Notes: a model not told the origin generated them from the letters alone. A DNA stretch of 62,750 bases, filler included, from Nemertoderma westbladi (GCA_032718475.1; 3 parts of 3 records of this genome joined end to end with filler, not necessarily neighbours in it); one strand, 5' to 3'. Shown: positions 44,597 to 58,787, counted from the first letter of the whole stretch. Numbers and translations: made by a program.

Positions 44597-45644
44597 GTCA
44601 GTGGTTCCCTATTGGTTGCTAGGGAGGAGGGATCCCTACCAACCAGCGGCCTCAACCGCCACCAACACGTTCATTAAGTGCTTCCCCGGCTCTTCCAAAG
44701 AACGCCAAGTAACGCGGCACTGCAGACAACAGATAATCGATGCGCTTAGATACAATCTATTCGAGACAACGGCGAAAAGTTTATCCAAGAACGACAACCT
44801 GCCAACCGAGGAAGCCGAGGATAAACACATCCGGATGGTGCAGACGGCCATGGGGGTAATGTGTGACGTCATGGATAACCATGACGACACAACCGCTGAC
44901 GTAGTCAGCGATATACTAGAGATTATAGCCGAGCCCAACATGGATAAATTCCTAAACACAAAAGAAAGTTTAATTTCTATTTCCTTCAACCATTTGATTG
45001 TCAGTCTATCTTCCCTTCTGCGACTCAACCCGGAGGTTTCCTTCCCTTCCTCGTTCCCTTCCCTTTTCCCCCGCTATCTCTTCCCCCGTATTGACCCCCC
45101 CACCGACCCCGCCACCTTCCCCTCCCTCTGGGCCGCCCTACTCGCCTTCCTCCGATGGCGTCCGGTTGCCCCGGATACCGATGTACTCCGACCAATCACG
45201 GCGCTGCTCTCCGGCGACTCGCGTCTCGACTGTCTCCCTGTGTGCGATGCGTTACCGGATCTAGTCACCGCGTTACCCGCCCGTTACCGCACCCAGCGGT
45301 GTCTCCTCCCGTTACTCCTCGCTCTATCCTCCCATCTCGCCCCCCGGAAGCGATTTTCTCCGACTTTCCGACTCGCTCGCTCCTCCCTGTCTCTCCTCCC
45401 CCCCTCGGAGGTCGCCAATACGACTAGATCTGTTCTAGAATCCGCCGTGTTTCCATCGTTACGCTCTATATTCCTCGGCCCAACCCCAACCCACGCCGAA
45501 CTCTACCGTTGCGTTACAGAATTCCGGAATTTCGTTACGTTTATCGTTACCGACTCCGTCGCTACAACGGAATCACAATTCTTCTGGTCCGAATTCGCTG
45601 TTACCATAGAAACAACTCTCTCCGCCTCCAATGACGAACCCAAG
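44597..45644 (+). CDS. LTN1: Listerin exon 3
   Basis: CGTAG acceptor. SVVPYWLLGRRDPYQPAA...FP...ETTAKSLS continues the Ltn1 N-terminal domain. Donor AAG|GTAATT in phase 0. Confidence 0.85.
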
Positions 45645-46039
45645 GTAATTATACTTCTCCTTGTAGCCTCAGTTACTTACAGAATTAAACCCCGACATGT
45701 AACTTTACACGGAACACAAACGGTATTGGTAACGGCTATGCGTTTCCTTTATATTTCTCTATTGAATAAAAGTAAAACTATAGGACCTCTGAGAAATGGT
45801 GATATTGTATTAATCAAGGGGCGGCCGTTTATCGGAATCTTTGTCGCCCGAATTACAATTCGCAGGGTCTTTTTTTCAAAAATTTTACTGTTAAAAGTTT
45901 CTAAACGTGAAAAAAATTACAAAATCTAAATTTTGGAAAGTGTAAAGTAGACCGGATTACTGCAGTATTGTTTTGTTTTCTGCTTTATTCAACCGAGAGT
46001 TCTACCTTATTGTAGTGTTTATATTGAATTATTCACATC

Positions 46040-46265
46040 TCTCAGGAGGTCGTGGGTTCGAGCCCCGCATGGGCGGCGAGGGCAGCTTTCGTTTCGTTAC
46101 GAATGCTTTGAAGGGACCAGCCAGGGTGCATCTCTGCCTTGCATCCTTAAATGGTACCTCATTGAGTACTGGAGTTTCCTCTGGGGAGTATAGTTTTGGT
46201 GGGACCAACTGGCTACTATCCTATTTAATACATCCTTGGTAAACATAGCCTTGGTAAAGCCATTT
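46040..46265 (+). mobile_element. 5'-truncated tRNA-derived SINE
   Basis: B-box-like GGTTCGAGCCC in a T-arm-like stem, followed by a CTCTGCCTTGCATCCTT...TGAGTAC segment reminiscent of SINE central domains. No A box and no full cloverleaf. Confidence 0.5.
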
Positions 46266-46582
46266 ATTGGGAAGGAATACTCCACATCCTTGGCTGTTGA
46301 ATATGGTTAATGTTTTCTAGTTATAGGTATTTTATTTCAGTGTGTTGCAAAGTTTATATTTTAAAGTTGTTGTTTTCAAAATTTCGTTCTAGAAAAATTT
46401 CTAAATAAGTTCAATAAATTTAGAAATCACTATTTTAATTTATATATAAATTTCACTAACATATTTATAAAAACAACCTTATTCATAACTATGTTACTTG
46501 GAATATTATTTGAATGATAATTAAATGTATTAGAACTTTTCTATAATGATTTATTTCCATAATAATATGTCACTAAAACGCT

Positions 46583-49500
46583 AACAGGAGGCCGATAGTT
46601 TCAGTTACTTAGGGCCGCATTCCTCTAAACAGGAGTCAGGAGGCCGAGAGTTTCAGTTACTTAAGGCCGCATTCCTATAAACAGGAGGCCGAGAGTTTTA
46701 GTTACTTAGGGCCGCATTCCTCTAACAGGAGGCCGAGAGTTTTAGTTACTTAGGGCCGCATTCCTCTAACAGGAGGCCGAGAGTTTCAGTTACTTAGGGC
46801 CGCATTCATCTAACAGGAGGCCGATAGTTTCAGTTACTTAAAGCCGCATTCCTCTAACAGGAGGCCGAGAGTTTCAGTTACTTAGGGCCGCATTCCTCTA
46901 AACAGGAGTCAGGAGGCCGAGAGTTTCAGTTACTTAAGGCCGCATTCCTATAAACAGGAGGCCGAGAGTTTTAGTTACTTAGGGCCGCATTCCTCTAACA
47001 GGAGGCCGAGAGTTTTAGTTACTTAGGGCCGCATTCCTCTAACAGGAGGCCGAGAGTTTTAGTTACTTAGGGCCGCATTCCTCTAACAGGAGGCCGAGAG
47101 TTTTAGTTACTTAGGGCCGCATTCCTCTAACAGGAGGCCGAGAGTTTCAGTTACATAGGGCCGCATTCCTCTAACAGGAAGCCGAGAGTTTCAGTTACTT
47201 AGGGCCGCATTCCTCTAACAGGAGGCCGAGAGTTTCAGTTACTTAGGGCCGCATTCCTCTAACAGGAGGCCGAGAGTTTTAGTTACTTAGGGCCGCATTC
47301 CTCTAACAGGAGGCCGAGAGTTTTAGTTACTTAGGGCCGCATTCCTCTAACAGGAGGCCGAGAGTTTCAGTTACTTAGGGCCGCATTCCTCTAACAGGAG
47401 GCCGAGAGTTTTAGTTACTTAGGGCCGCATTCATCTAACAGGAGGCCGATAGTTTCAGTTACTTAAAGCCGCATTCCTCTAACAGGAGGCCGAGAGTTTC
47501 AGTTACTTAGGGCCGCATTCCTCTAAACAGGAGTCAGGAGGCCGAGAGTTTCAGTTACTTAAGGCCGCATTCCTATAAACAGGAGGCCGAGAGTTTTAGT
47601 TACTTAGGGCCGCATTCCTCTAACAGGAGGCCGAGAGTTTTAGTTACTTAGGGCCGCATTCCTCTAAACAGGAGTCAGGAGGCCGAGAGTTTCAGTTACT
47701 TAAGGCCGCATTCCTATAAACAGGAGGCCGAGAGTTTTAGTTACTTAGGGCCGCATTCCTCTAACAGGAGGCCGAGAGTTTTAGTTACTTAGGGCCGCAT
47801 TCCTCTAACAGGAGGCCGAGAGTTTCAGTTACTTAAGGCCGCATTCCTCTAACAGGAGGCCGAGAGTTTTAGTTACTTAGGGCCGCATTCCTCTAACAGG
47901 AGGCCGAGAGTTTCAGTTACTTAGGGCCGCATTCCTCTAAACAGGAGTCAGGAGGCCGAGAGTTTCAGTTACTTAAGGCCGCATTCCTATAAACAGGAGG
48001 CCGAGAGTTTTAGTTACTTAGGGCCGCATTCCTCTAACAGGAGGCCGAGAGTTTTAGTTACTTAGGGCCGCATTCCTCTAACAGGAGGCCGAGAGTTTCA
48101 GTTACTTAGGGCCGCATTCATCTAACAGGAGGCCGATAGTTTCAGTTACTTAAAGCCGCATTCCTCTAACAGGAGGCCGAGAGTTTCAGTTACTTAGGGC
48201 CGCATTCCTCTAAACAGGAGTCAGGAGGCCGAGAGTTTCAGTTACTTAAGGCCGCATTCCTCTAACAGGAGGCCGAGAGTTTTAGTTACTTAGGGCCGCA
48301 TTCCTCTAACAGGAGGCCGAGAGTTTTAGTTACTTAGGGCCGCATTCATCTAACAGGAGGCCGATAGTTTCAGTTACTTAGGGCCGCATTCCTCTAAACA
48401 GGAGTCAGGAGGCCGAGAGTTTCAGTTACTTAAGGCCGCATTCCTATAAACAGGAGGCCGAGAGTTTTAGTTACTTAGGGCCGCATTCATCTAACAGGAG
48501 GCCGAGAGTTTTAGTTACTTAGGGCCGCATTCCTCTAACAGGAGGCCGAGAGTTTCAGTTACTTAGGGCCGCATTCATCTAACAGGAGGCCGATAGTTTC
48601 AGTTACTTAAAGCCGCATTCCTCTAACAGGAGGCCGAGAGTTTCAGTTACTTAGGGCCGCATTCCTCTAAACAGGAGTCAGGAGGCCGAGAGTTTCAGTT
48701 ACTTAAGGCCGCATTCCTATAAACAGGAGGCCGAGAGTTTTAGTTACTTAGGGCCGCATTCCTCTAACAGGAGGCCGAGAGTTTTAGTTACTTAGGGCCG
48801 CATTCCTCTAAACAGGAGTCAGGAGGCCGAGAGTTTCAGTTACTTAAGGCCGCATTCCTATAAACAGGAGGCCGAGAGTTTTAGTTACTTAGGGCCGCAT
48901 TCCTCTAACAGGAGGCCGAGAGTTTTAGTTACTTAGGGCCGCATTCCTCTAACAGGAGGCCGAGAGTTTCAGTTACTTAGGGCCGCATTCATCTAACAGG
49001 AGGCCGATAGTTTCAGTTACTTAAAGCCGCATTCCTCTAACAGGAGGCCGAGAGTTTCAGTTACTTAGGGCCGCATTCCTCTAAACAGGAGTCAGGAGGC
49101 CGAGAGTTTCAGTTACTTAAGGCCGCATTCCTATAAACAGGAGGCCGAGAGTTTTAGTTACTTAGGGCCGCATTCCTCTAACAGGAGGCCGAGAGTTTTA
49201 GTTACTTAGGGCCGCATTCCTCTAACAGGAGGCCGAGAGTTTCAGTTACTTAGGGCCGCATTCCTCTAACAGGAGGCCGAGAGTTTTAGTTACTTAAGGC
49301 CGCATTCCTCTAACAGGAGGCCGAGAGTTTTAGTTACTTAGGGCCGCATTCCTCTAACAGGAGGCCGAGAGTTTCAGTTACTTAGGGCCGCATTCCTCTA
49401 ACAGGAGGCCGAGAGTTTCAGTTACTTAAGGCCGCATTCCTATAAACAGGAGGCCGATAGTTTTAGTTACTTAGGGCCGCATTCCTCTAACAGGAGGCCG

Positions 49501-52137
49501 AGAGTTTTAGTTACTTAGGGCCGCATTCCTCTAACAGGAGGCCGAGAGTTTCAGTTACTTAGGGCCGCATTCATCTAACAGGAGGCCGATAGTTTCAGTT
49601 ACTTAAAGCCGCATTCCTCTAACAGGAGGCCGAGAGTTTCAGTTACTTAGGGCCGCATTCCTCTAAACAGGAGTCAGGAGGCCGAGAGTTTCAGTTACTT
49701 AAGGCCGCATTCCTATAAACAGGAGGCCGAGAGTTTTAGTTACTTAGGGCCGCATTCCTCTAACAGGAGGCCGAGAGTTTTAGTTACTTAGGGCCGCATT
49801 CCTCTAACAGGAGGCCGAGAGTTTTAGTTACTTAGGGCCGCATTCCTCTAACAGGAGGCCGAGAGTTTTAGTTACTTAGGGCCGCATTCCTCTAACAGGA
49901 GGCCGAGAGTTTTAGTTACTTAGGGCCGCATTCCTCTAACAGGAGGCCGAGAGTTTTAGTTACTTAGGGCCGCATTCCTCTAACAGGAGGCCGAGAGTTT
50001 CAGTTACTTAGGGCCGCATTCCTCTAACAGGAGGCCGAGAGTTTCAGTTACTTAGGGCCGCATTCCTCTAACAGGAGGCCGAGAGTTTTAGTTACTTAAG
50101 GCCGCATTCCTATAAACAGGAGGCCGAGAGTTTTAGTTACTTAGGGCCGCATTCCTCTAACAGGAGGCCGAGAGTTTTAGTTACTTAGGGCCGCATTCCT
50201 CTAACAGGAGGCCGAGAGTTTCAGTTACTTAGGGCCGCATTCCTCTAACAGGAGGCCGAGAGTTTTAGTTACTTAGGGCCGCATTCATCTAACAGGAGGC
50301 CGAGAGTTTTAGTTACTTAGGGCCGCATTCCTCTAACAGGAGGCCGAGAGTTTCAGTTACTTAAGGCCGCATTCCTATAAACAGGAGGCCGAGAGTTTTA
50401 GTTACTTAGGGCCGCATTCCTCTAACAGGAGGCCGAGAGTTTCAGTTACTTAGGGCCGCATTCCTCTAACAGGAGGCCGAGAGTTTCAGTTACTTAGGGC
50501 CGCATTCCTCTAACAGGAGGCCGAGAGTTTTAGTTACTTAGGGCCGCATTCCTCTAACAGGAGGCCGAGAGTTTCAGTTACTTAGGGCCGCATTCCTCTA
50601 ACAGGAGGCCGAGAGTTTCAGTTACTTAGGGCCGCATTCCTCTAACAGGAGGCCGAGAGTTTTAGTTACTTAGGGCCGCATTCCTCTAACAGGAGGCCGA
50701 GAGTTTCAGTTACTTAGGGCCGCATTCCTTTAACAGGAGGCCGAGAGTTTCAGTTACTTAGGGCCGCATTCCTCTAACAGGAGGCCGAGAGTTTTAGTTA
50801 CTTAGGGCCGCATTCCTCTAAACAGGAGGCCGAGAGTTTCAGTTACATAGGGCCGCATTCCTCTAACAGGAGGCCGAGAGTTTCAGTTACTTAGGGCCGC
50901 ATTCCTCTATCAGGAGGCCGAGAGTTTCAGTTACTTAGGGCCGCATTCCTCTAACAGGAGGCCGAGAGTTTCAGTTACTTAGGGCCGCATTCCTCTAAAC
51001 AGGAGGCCAAGAGTTTCAGTTACTTAGGGCCGCATTCCTATAACAGGAGGCCGAGAGTTTCAGTTACTTAGGGCCGCATTCCTCTAAACAGGAGGCCGAG
51101 ATTTTCAGTTACTTGCATTCCTATAAACAGGAGGCCGAGAGTTTTAGTTACTTAGGGCCGCATTCATCTAACAGGAGGCCGAGAGTTTCAGTTACTTAGG
51201 GCCGCATTCCTCTAACAGGAGGCCGAGAGTTTTAGTTACTTAGGGCCGCATTCCTCTAACAGGAGGCCGAGAGTTTTAGTTACTTAGGGCCGCATTCCTC
51301 TAACAGGAGGCCGAGAGTTTCAGTTACTTAGGGCCGCATTCCTCTAACAGGAGGCCGAGAGTTTTAGTTACTTAGGGCCGCATTCATCTAACAGGAGGCC
51401 GAGAGTTTCAGTTACTTAGGGCCGCATTCCTCTAACAGGAGGCCGAGAGTTTTAGTTACTTAGGGCCGCATTCCTCTAACAGGAGGCCGAGAGTTTTAGT
51501 TACTTAGGGCCGCATTCCTCTAACAGGAGGCCGAGAGTTTCAGTTACTTAGGGCCGCATTCCTCTAACAGGAGGCCGAGAGTTTTAGTTACTTAGGGCCG
51601 CATTCCTCTAACAGGAGGCCGAGAGTTTCAGTTACTTAGGGCCGCATTCCTCTAACAGGAGGCCGAGAGTTTTAGTTACTTAGGGCCGCATTCCTCTAAC
51701 AGGAGGCCGAGAGTTTCAGTTACTTAGGGCCGCATTCCTCTAACAGGAGGCCGAGAGTTTCAGTTACTTAGGGCCGCATTCCTCTAACAGGAGGCTGAGA
51801 GTTTCAGTTACTTAGGGCCGCATTCCTTTAACAGGAGGCCGAGAGTTTCAGTTACTTAGGGCCGCATTCCTTTAACAGGAGGCCGAGAGTTTCAGTTACT
51901 TAGGGCCGCATTCCTTTAACAGGAGGCCGAGAGTTTCAGTTACTTAGGGCCGCATTCCTTTAACAGGAGGCCGAGAGTTTTAGTTACTTAGGGCCGCATT
52001 CCTCTAACAGGAGGCCGAGAGTTTCAGTTACTTAGGGCCGCATTCCTCTAACAGGAGGCCGAGAGTTTCAGTTACTTAGGGCCGCATTCCTCTAACAGGA
52101 GGCCGAGAGTTTCAGTTACTTAGGGCCGCATTCCTCT
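46583..52137 (+). repeat. 5.6-kb 44-bp satellite in LTN1 intron 3
   Basis: About 125 units of AACAGGAGGCCGAGAGTTT(C/T)AGTTACTTAGGGCCGCATTCCTCT, with recurrent 45- and 52-bp variants. Confidence 0.98.
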
Positions 52138-52421
52138 TTACGTTACCTCTACCACCGCTATTTACTATTATTGGATTTTATTATCTCAATGGGCTTGCTG
52201 TGTGGAGGTGTGTCAACAGAGTGGAAGGGTTTGTTATTTTTTGTGAAAGATCAGCAAGAGGAATTCCTTGGCTTAACGAGCCTAAAAGATTCTCCCGTTG
52301 AATATCTAAATTTTGTAAATAAACATTTTTTAAACTTTAAAATTGTTTCTCAAACCAATCACCAATATATTTACACGTACAGTTAAAGTTTCTGATTAAT
52401 TCGCTACATTATATTTCGTAG

Positions 52422-55273
52422 GTACTCGCCAATATCAGCTCCTTTCTACACGATTTGAATCTCCCGCGCTCAGCTGAGCCCCGGGTTTCTATTAGCAACC
52501 AAGACGCCCCCGATCCCACGGAACATCAACTCTCATCCAACGAGGATTTACCTGAAATCGAGTCTCGCCTACTTCCGGCTATTGTTAATCACATCGTTCA
52601 AATGTCCCGCCAAGGCAACCCCGCCCAATACGTCATCCCCCTCTCGACAGTGATTGGATACTTTCCTTCTACACTGTCCACCTTCCTTTCTGTTTGTCCT
52701 TCAGCCCCTGTCCTTCCCACTCCACACACAGATCCTCCACCCCTTCAATTCTTCGACTCCCACATTCGTAAATACGTAGACGTCCTTTTAAACGACGACG
52801 TCACCGTCGCCAAGGCGACCATTGTGTTGGCCTCCCATTGCGCCGACCAATCCAACAACCCCGAGGTTTTACTCCCGATTCTCTCAGAGATAAAGTCCCG
52901 ACCTCCGCTGTTCCCCTATTTCATTAACTCCGTCGATAAACTAAATAAACCCCAACTAATAAAGCGTTTCTATTGGTTGAACCAGTTCTCCATCGAGTTG
53001 TTGGGATTGGTTGAGTTTATGTGTCGCTACGAAACGGAAGATGTTCTAGAATGTTGGAAGGCGGTTTGGAATTGTTTGTTCGGCGAAAACGCCGAGCCCA
53101 ACGTAGAGCTGGCGGCGAGAGTACTGGAAGCTGTCAGGTTGAACCTCAACCTAGTAATCGGGCCATTATCAGCCGCCCCAATAACAGCTGATGTCGAGTT
53201 AGCAACAGAACCTCCCATAACAACCGACTCCCCCATAACAACCGCCTCCCCATCACCCAGCAACCCAGCCCATCTAGTAGATCTTATAGTCGCCGTTAAC
53301 CGCTACTTCACCGACCCCCCTGTAACTCCCGCCTTCCCGAATCTCTTTACAACCTTCCTCCAACTCCGTTGCGTCCTCCGCGTTAAAGAGAAACTCAATC
53401 AGCTGGACGAATCGCTACTGAACTCCGTAGCGGAGTGCGGAGTTAACGGCTTGGACGATTCGTTACTGCGATGGGCCGGTTGGTTGAAATCCCAGGTGAC
53501 CCCAAACCAATTCGTTAAGTTTCGATCCGTCCCAGAGTTTATTATCGGAATATTTTCCAGAATTTACCCCGTCCAGTGGAACTCGGCTCTCGATTTCCTG
53601 AAACAATTACTTCCAACTCGTAAGGAAAACTACCTAATTAACATATGTAATGAGTCATTCCCGCCATCCCTAATTAAATATTATAATTTATTATGTAAAG
53701 TTGGAGTGGAACTAATTAATTTGAGAAATTCGGTTGACGCAGATAAAGATGATACTGACAGACTTGCTGTTAATATAAAACCAATTCTATTAGATTATAT
53801 TATTAGTATTTCTAGAGGTTCTAGAATTATATCGAAAAAATTGTTAGTCAGCGAATCGTTGGGTTCGATGTTGGATGACGATGATGTGGTTGACACATTG
53901 AGTGTTGTGGATAGAGTTGTCGAAGAGACCATGGTGGAGAATGATCCCGGTTGCAGAGTATTAAACGCGGTGTTTCCTGTAGTCTGGAATTCGAGGGACC
54001 GAGACGCTATACAGCGCCGCTTAGCGGAACTTATCGAATCTGTTTTCGATGATATTTGCGGTTATTCTCATGTCGTGGTCGCGTTGATCCCGTATCTAAG
54101 CAACGAGATTCGTGGCCGTTTATTCGACGTCGTCACGGCTACCGTAGTCGCGGAAAATCAGTTCGTGCCTGATCGCAGTCATCGTCTCGTTGCTGTGGTA
54201 ACAGGTTGCGTCACCCACGGCCTGAACGAAGAGCTTCTCAACGCCGTGATTGGTTCCTTGAAAACGTGGTGTTTCGACGAATGTGATTGGCTGAATGCCC
54301 CGGATGTAATCCAATTCTATACAGGACTCACACAGTTGTGTTTATCCGTCGCTGGGCGACCGTCACCCGTTGCTAACGACGCGTGGGACTACGTGCTGTG
54401 CTCCCTTATGGGTTGGATGTCCGGTTGCTATGACGTCGTCCAATCACGAGGGAGTGTAAGTAATTCACTCACTGAGTTAATCCGACTAGTCTGCGAGTTA
54501 TTCCTGGTCTGCGACTCGCGAGTATCGCAGGACGGTGTAGCTAGTCGCCTCTCCGAATGGAAGGAATTCTTTCTCCCCGCGTTGAATAAACAGATTTTGG
54601 ATATGTTTATGGGGGTTTCGGAGCCCGGGAATACCCATAGTGAGGATGTTGTTGAGAGTATCAGCCGCTGCGCTGTCAGTGTCGACAGCGAGTTGGTTGT
54701 TACCTACTACGGATCGGTTGGGGGTCTGCTGGTTGGGTTGGAGTCGCTAAGTCGACGGCTTGGGGGCTCCCGGGGGCAGCACGCAGCGTACGGACTGGGG
54801 AGGGGGATGATGCCTTATTGCGTGAGCCTGTGGGAGAGCGGGTTGGGTGGGGTTAGTCTGGGTGCGAAGCTTAGCGATGGGTCTAGAGATGTCGAGGAAA
54901 CTACAGACCAGTTGGGAGGATTCAAACTAGTCGATGACGAATTTATAAACGATGACAAATTAAAGACATCGGGTCTGCCAGATTGTATTCTAGAATGCCA
55001 CGATAATTTATTGCCATTAATTCGAGCGATTTTACCGACTCTGGAATTCGGTCACCCGTTACAGATAACCGCCAGGGAGTCTGCTCATTGCGTAGTAACA
55101 GGGTACCTATACGTGTGGGGTTGGGTTCTAGAATGGTTGCGGACTGCTAGTACATCTACTAGTGTCGCGGTGGTTGAGTTTATCGATAGGCGGGATATAC
55201 TGGCTCCGTTGATGGCCTTGGTATTCTCTTTGATAAAACTAGACGAGACGAACTCCACCGGTTCACAATCAAG
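52422..55273 (+). CDS. LTN1: Listerin exon 4 (large helical-repeat region)
   Basis: TTTCGTAG acceptor in phase with exon 3; 950 open codons. WDYVLCSLMGW, SEWKEFFLPAL and GYLYVW resemble conserved Ltn1 motifs. Donor AG|GTTAGT. Confidence 0.85.
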
Positions 55274-56880
55274 GTTAGTTTGATTCTTATTAAGGGGGGG
55301 GGGGGGGGGGGGGGGGGTGCTACACAGTTTTGTGGCATGTTTTACTTTTAGCTCTGAAAAATTGTAATGTCAATTGAAACGAATTAAACTTTTGTGTCTG
55401 TGTGCCTGAGTGTTTTTGTGTCTGTTTGACTGCCATTGACAATATATGCAGCATACTATCTGGCTATCTATAATCGGCCTGCTGCATTGCCGATGCTATG
55501 ATGGCTAACAAAACAATTGTGCCACCACCTTGCCATTGATTGCTGCAATGCAGCGTGCTAAGCGTTATACACCCTTCCCGGGACGCGTATTCCCAATCCT
55601 TACACTGGTAGGAACACGTTCGTGGGGCCTTCGCGCAGGACGAGGCTCAGTTATCAGATACATATTAAAATTGAGCGATTCTATCCCAAAATCGGTACTT
55701 AAGAAATTTAAATAAATAAATAAGAAAATTTAACCAAACTTTTACTTAAAAAAAAACTTTGCAAAAAAAACTTTCGCATTGGCAGCTTGGCGTCGATGTC
55801 ATAGAAGTCCACAGTCAAACTACTCAAAAAATTCAATGCATTCTTCAGTCCTCGGGTCTCGCTCATCGGTTAGTCCAGTTTGCCCGTAGCGCTAGCGCAG
55901 TAGCGATACCAAAAATCGAGGTCGCCAACAACACTGCGACAGACAGAGGAGGTGGCCTTGATGGCGAGTTGTTTGAGTACCGGTACAATTCCAAAACGTT
56001 GCTGGGTATTGCAGTATTTGGCTGTTGGGGTACCTAGTGCAGCAGTGGATACCGGAACATGGAATAAATGTCAGCTGGTACAACCTGACAATATGTCAGT
56101 CAGTCTTAAGTCCGCATAATTTCAAAACTTCCATGGCTGCATGGTTGCCTTTGCCGAGTCGATTGGTGGGTGGCGCCAACGACCTAAAGACGGTACCGGT
56201 AACTCTGTACCACTGTAACAGTACCGGTACCGTACACCGTACTGTAAAACATATGTTTAATAAGATTAAGGTACCGTACCGGTACATGATACAGTGATAT
56301 GGCTGAATAGTCGCGAATAACTCTGAACTCTGCAATCTGGAAATGCTGGAATGGCTGAAGAAAGTGAAATAGACCTACCACACTTTCCAAGGCAGCAAGG
56401 CCACATTATTAATTGCTGTATTGTCCCGGTATTGCTGAATTTCAAACCCACCTGATATATCCTGCAGTCGCCTAGCAACCAGCTGATGCCAAGCCTAATA
56501 ATTTTGGGTAAATAAATTTATTATAAATGCAAGACAGTTACACAGATGCTGTACGAAGACCCCACGCAAATTCAACTTGGAAAATTTATACACTTTTGCC
56601 AGACTACATAACCAAGTTTGGATAAATTTTATCGAGATTTGGCTGAAATTGGAACGTTTAAAATTGGACACAACAGAGCAACAGATCAACAGAACAACAG
56701 ACACGCCGATTAAGTTAGTGGTACCTGTATGCTAAGCTCGCTTACTTTCGTCGCTCGCCCCCCACACATCTTGAATTGACGCTTGGGATTGGTTAATGAG
56801 CTATATTTTGATTGGTCGTTGAAATCATGTAAGGAATGGAGAGAGGGGGTCGACCTAGTGTAAGGAGTTTATACTCAGTT

Positions 56881-58114
56881 GGCAGGTAGAAAGTGTTCCA
56901 AACGCTGTAAGGAATGGAGAAATTGGGTGAAATCATGTAAGGGTTATCTGCCTATTAATCGGTTCATTGTCAGTTAACAGTAAAAATATATACGAATAAC
57001 AATATACAATAGTGCAGTTGGCTGCATACGAATAGCAAATAGACTATTCCTAAGCAAACCTACAGTCCAACACTTGAACTCTGTGTAAAAAGGAATGTAT
57101 CCCAAGACCCTATTATGTTCACAATAAATTATTAAAAAGGCAATTGTCAAGCGCCCAACTGCACATGTACACTACTGTATAACTAAGTCATTCAGGGGGC
57201 CAGATTTACCAGGAACTTACTGTAATAGACATATTCAATTTCATTGAATCCAGGGCAAGAATTTGTGTTGTATCCTGTTAAAGGAGCTATCAGCTGCGTA
57301 AAATGTTATTTGCGAGAGAGATCCCACTCTATAACTTAGGTTTTGGATTAACCGGAACGACGTTTTACGTGGCGTATTCATAATTACAGGATTAATAAAG
57401 GCCAGTCAGTGCTTAGGCTGTAGCGTCGTAGCCCCACCACAACTATGTAACTGCACTACCGGTACTCACAACGTTTCACTGATTTAATTAGGCCCCTAAT
57501 ATTTCAATGTAAATTTCCCATTATTTACTGTAAATGCTGCTTGGTAGGTACCCTAAACTTTTAAATTGTGGACTAATTTTTAAATTTAATTATATTTTAA
57601 CGCGATTTTAATTGAATATACCGCTGAAGACGCCCGCGAGGGTGAAATGGCCATACGGTAAATAATTAACTTCATTTTTATATATCCACGTGGTTAAAGA
57701 CCCTTCCTTGCCTTTATTAATACCACCATACACCATAAACCACCATACAAAGTATCGTCGCGATTCACCGGAGCGTTTAGGCGGAGATAGAGCAACGACA
57801 AACATACAACAACATTGACAAATCTATTTGTATTATAGATACTAGAGCAACCCTCTATAAACCATAACAACAATGCTATTATTATAGGCCTTACTGACTA
57901 CCTAATGTCACCTGCTGCTGCTAGCATACTCTTCTAATACTGTTGGTATAATAACCCTTACATGATTTCACCCACTTTCCCCATTCCTTACAGCGTTTGG
58001 AACACTTTGTCTCTACCTGCCATCTACAGTAAGTGAAACAAATGTTACAAATGAAACAAAAAAATGTTATTCGTATATATTTTTACTGTTAACTGACAAT
58101 GAACCGATTAATAG
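56881..58114. repeat. Inverted repeat blocks, probably copies of one TE terminus
   Basis: 56881-56947 is the reverse complement of about 57951-58020, and 56952-57001 of 58065-58114 (begins TGTTATTCG). Block order does not form a simple TIR pair. Confidence 0.55.
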
Positions 58115-58214
58115 NNNNNNNNNNNNNNNNNNNNNNNNNNNNNNNNNNNNNNNNNNNNTTAATTAATTAANNNNNNNNNNNNNNNNNNNNNNNNNNNNNN
58201 NNNNNNNNNNNNNN
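58115..58214. other. Artificial assembly spacer
   Basis: 100 nt of N with a central TTAATTAATTAA. Confidence 0.97.
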
Positions 58215-58348
58215 TGAATGGTCGCGCACGGATTGGTTTCGACTAGTGTAGTGAATCAAATACTTGTCATAGACTAAAAACTGATTTAATATCTAGAAGA
58301 CATCTTAATTTGGTGGGTTAAACTGCCAAAGGTCTGAAAGCGCGAACA
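58215..58348 (-). mobile_element. End of an LTR related to the solo LTR at 23218-24474
   Basis: Reverse complement begins TGTTCGCGCTTTCAGACCTTTGGCAGTTTAACC and aligns, diverged, with 23218 to about 23357. Confidence 0.75.
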
Positions 58349-58401
58349 GTGTGTGTGCGCATGAACTTGTGCCTACAAATTGATCCCATCCATCTTCGAC
58401 C

Positions 58402-58787
58402 GTAAAAATATCGAGAGTAAAAATATCGAGAGTTAAAACATCGAGAGTAAAAATATCGAGAGTAAAAATATCGAGAGTAAAAACATCAGAGAGTAAAAAT
58501 TTCGAGAGTAAAAAATATCGAGCGTAAAAATATCGAGAGTAAAAATATCGAGAGTAAAAACATCGAGAGTAAAAATATCGAGAGTAAAAATATCGAGAGT
58601 AAAAACATCGAGAGTAAAAATATCGAGAGTAAAAACATCGAGAGTAAGAATATCGAGAGTAAAAAGATCGAGAGTAAAAATATCGAGATTAAAAATATCG
58701 AGAGTAAACACATCGAGAGTAAAAATATCGAGAGTAAAAATATCGAGAGTAAAAACATCGAGAGTAAAAATATCGAGAGTAAAAACA
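58402..58787 (+). repeat. 15-bp tandem repeat (GTAAAAATATCGAGA)
   Basis: About 25 copies. Resembles the 15-bp subterminal arrays of MULE-type MITEs. Confidence 0.95.

Noticed and set aside
45645-45929. C-terminal extension of the 462-aa ORF
   Set aside because: Read-through into intron 3 past the AAG|GTAATT donor, which is in phase with exon 4.
46040-46080. tRNA gene
   Set aside because: Only a T-arm/B-box-like half is present, followed by SINE-like sequence.
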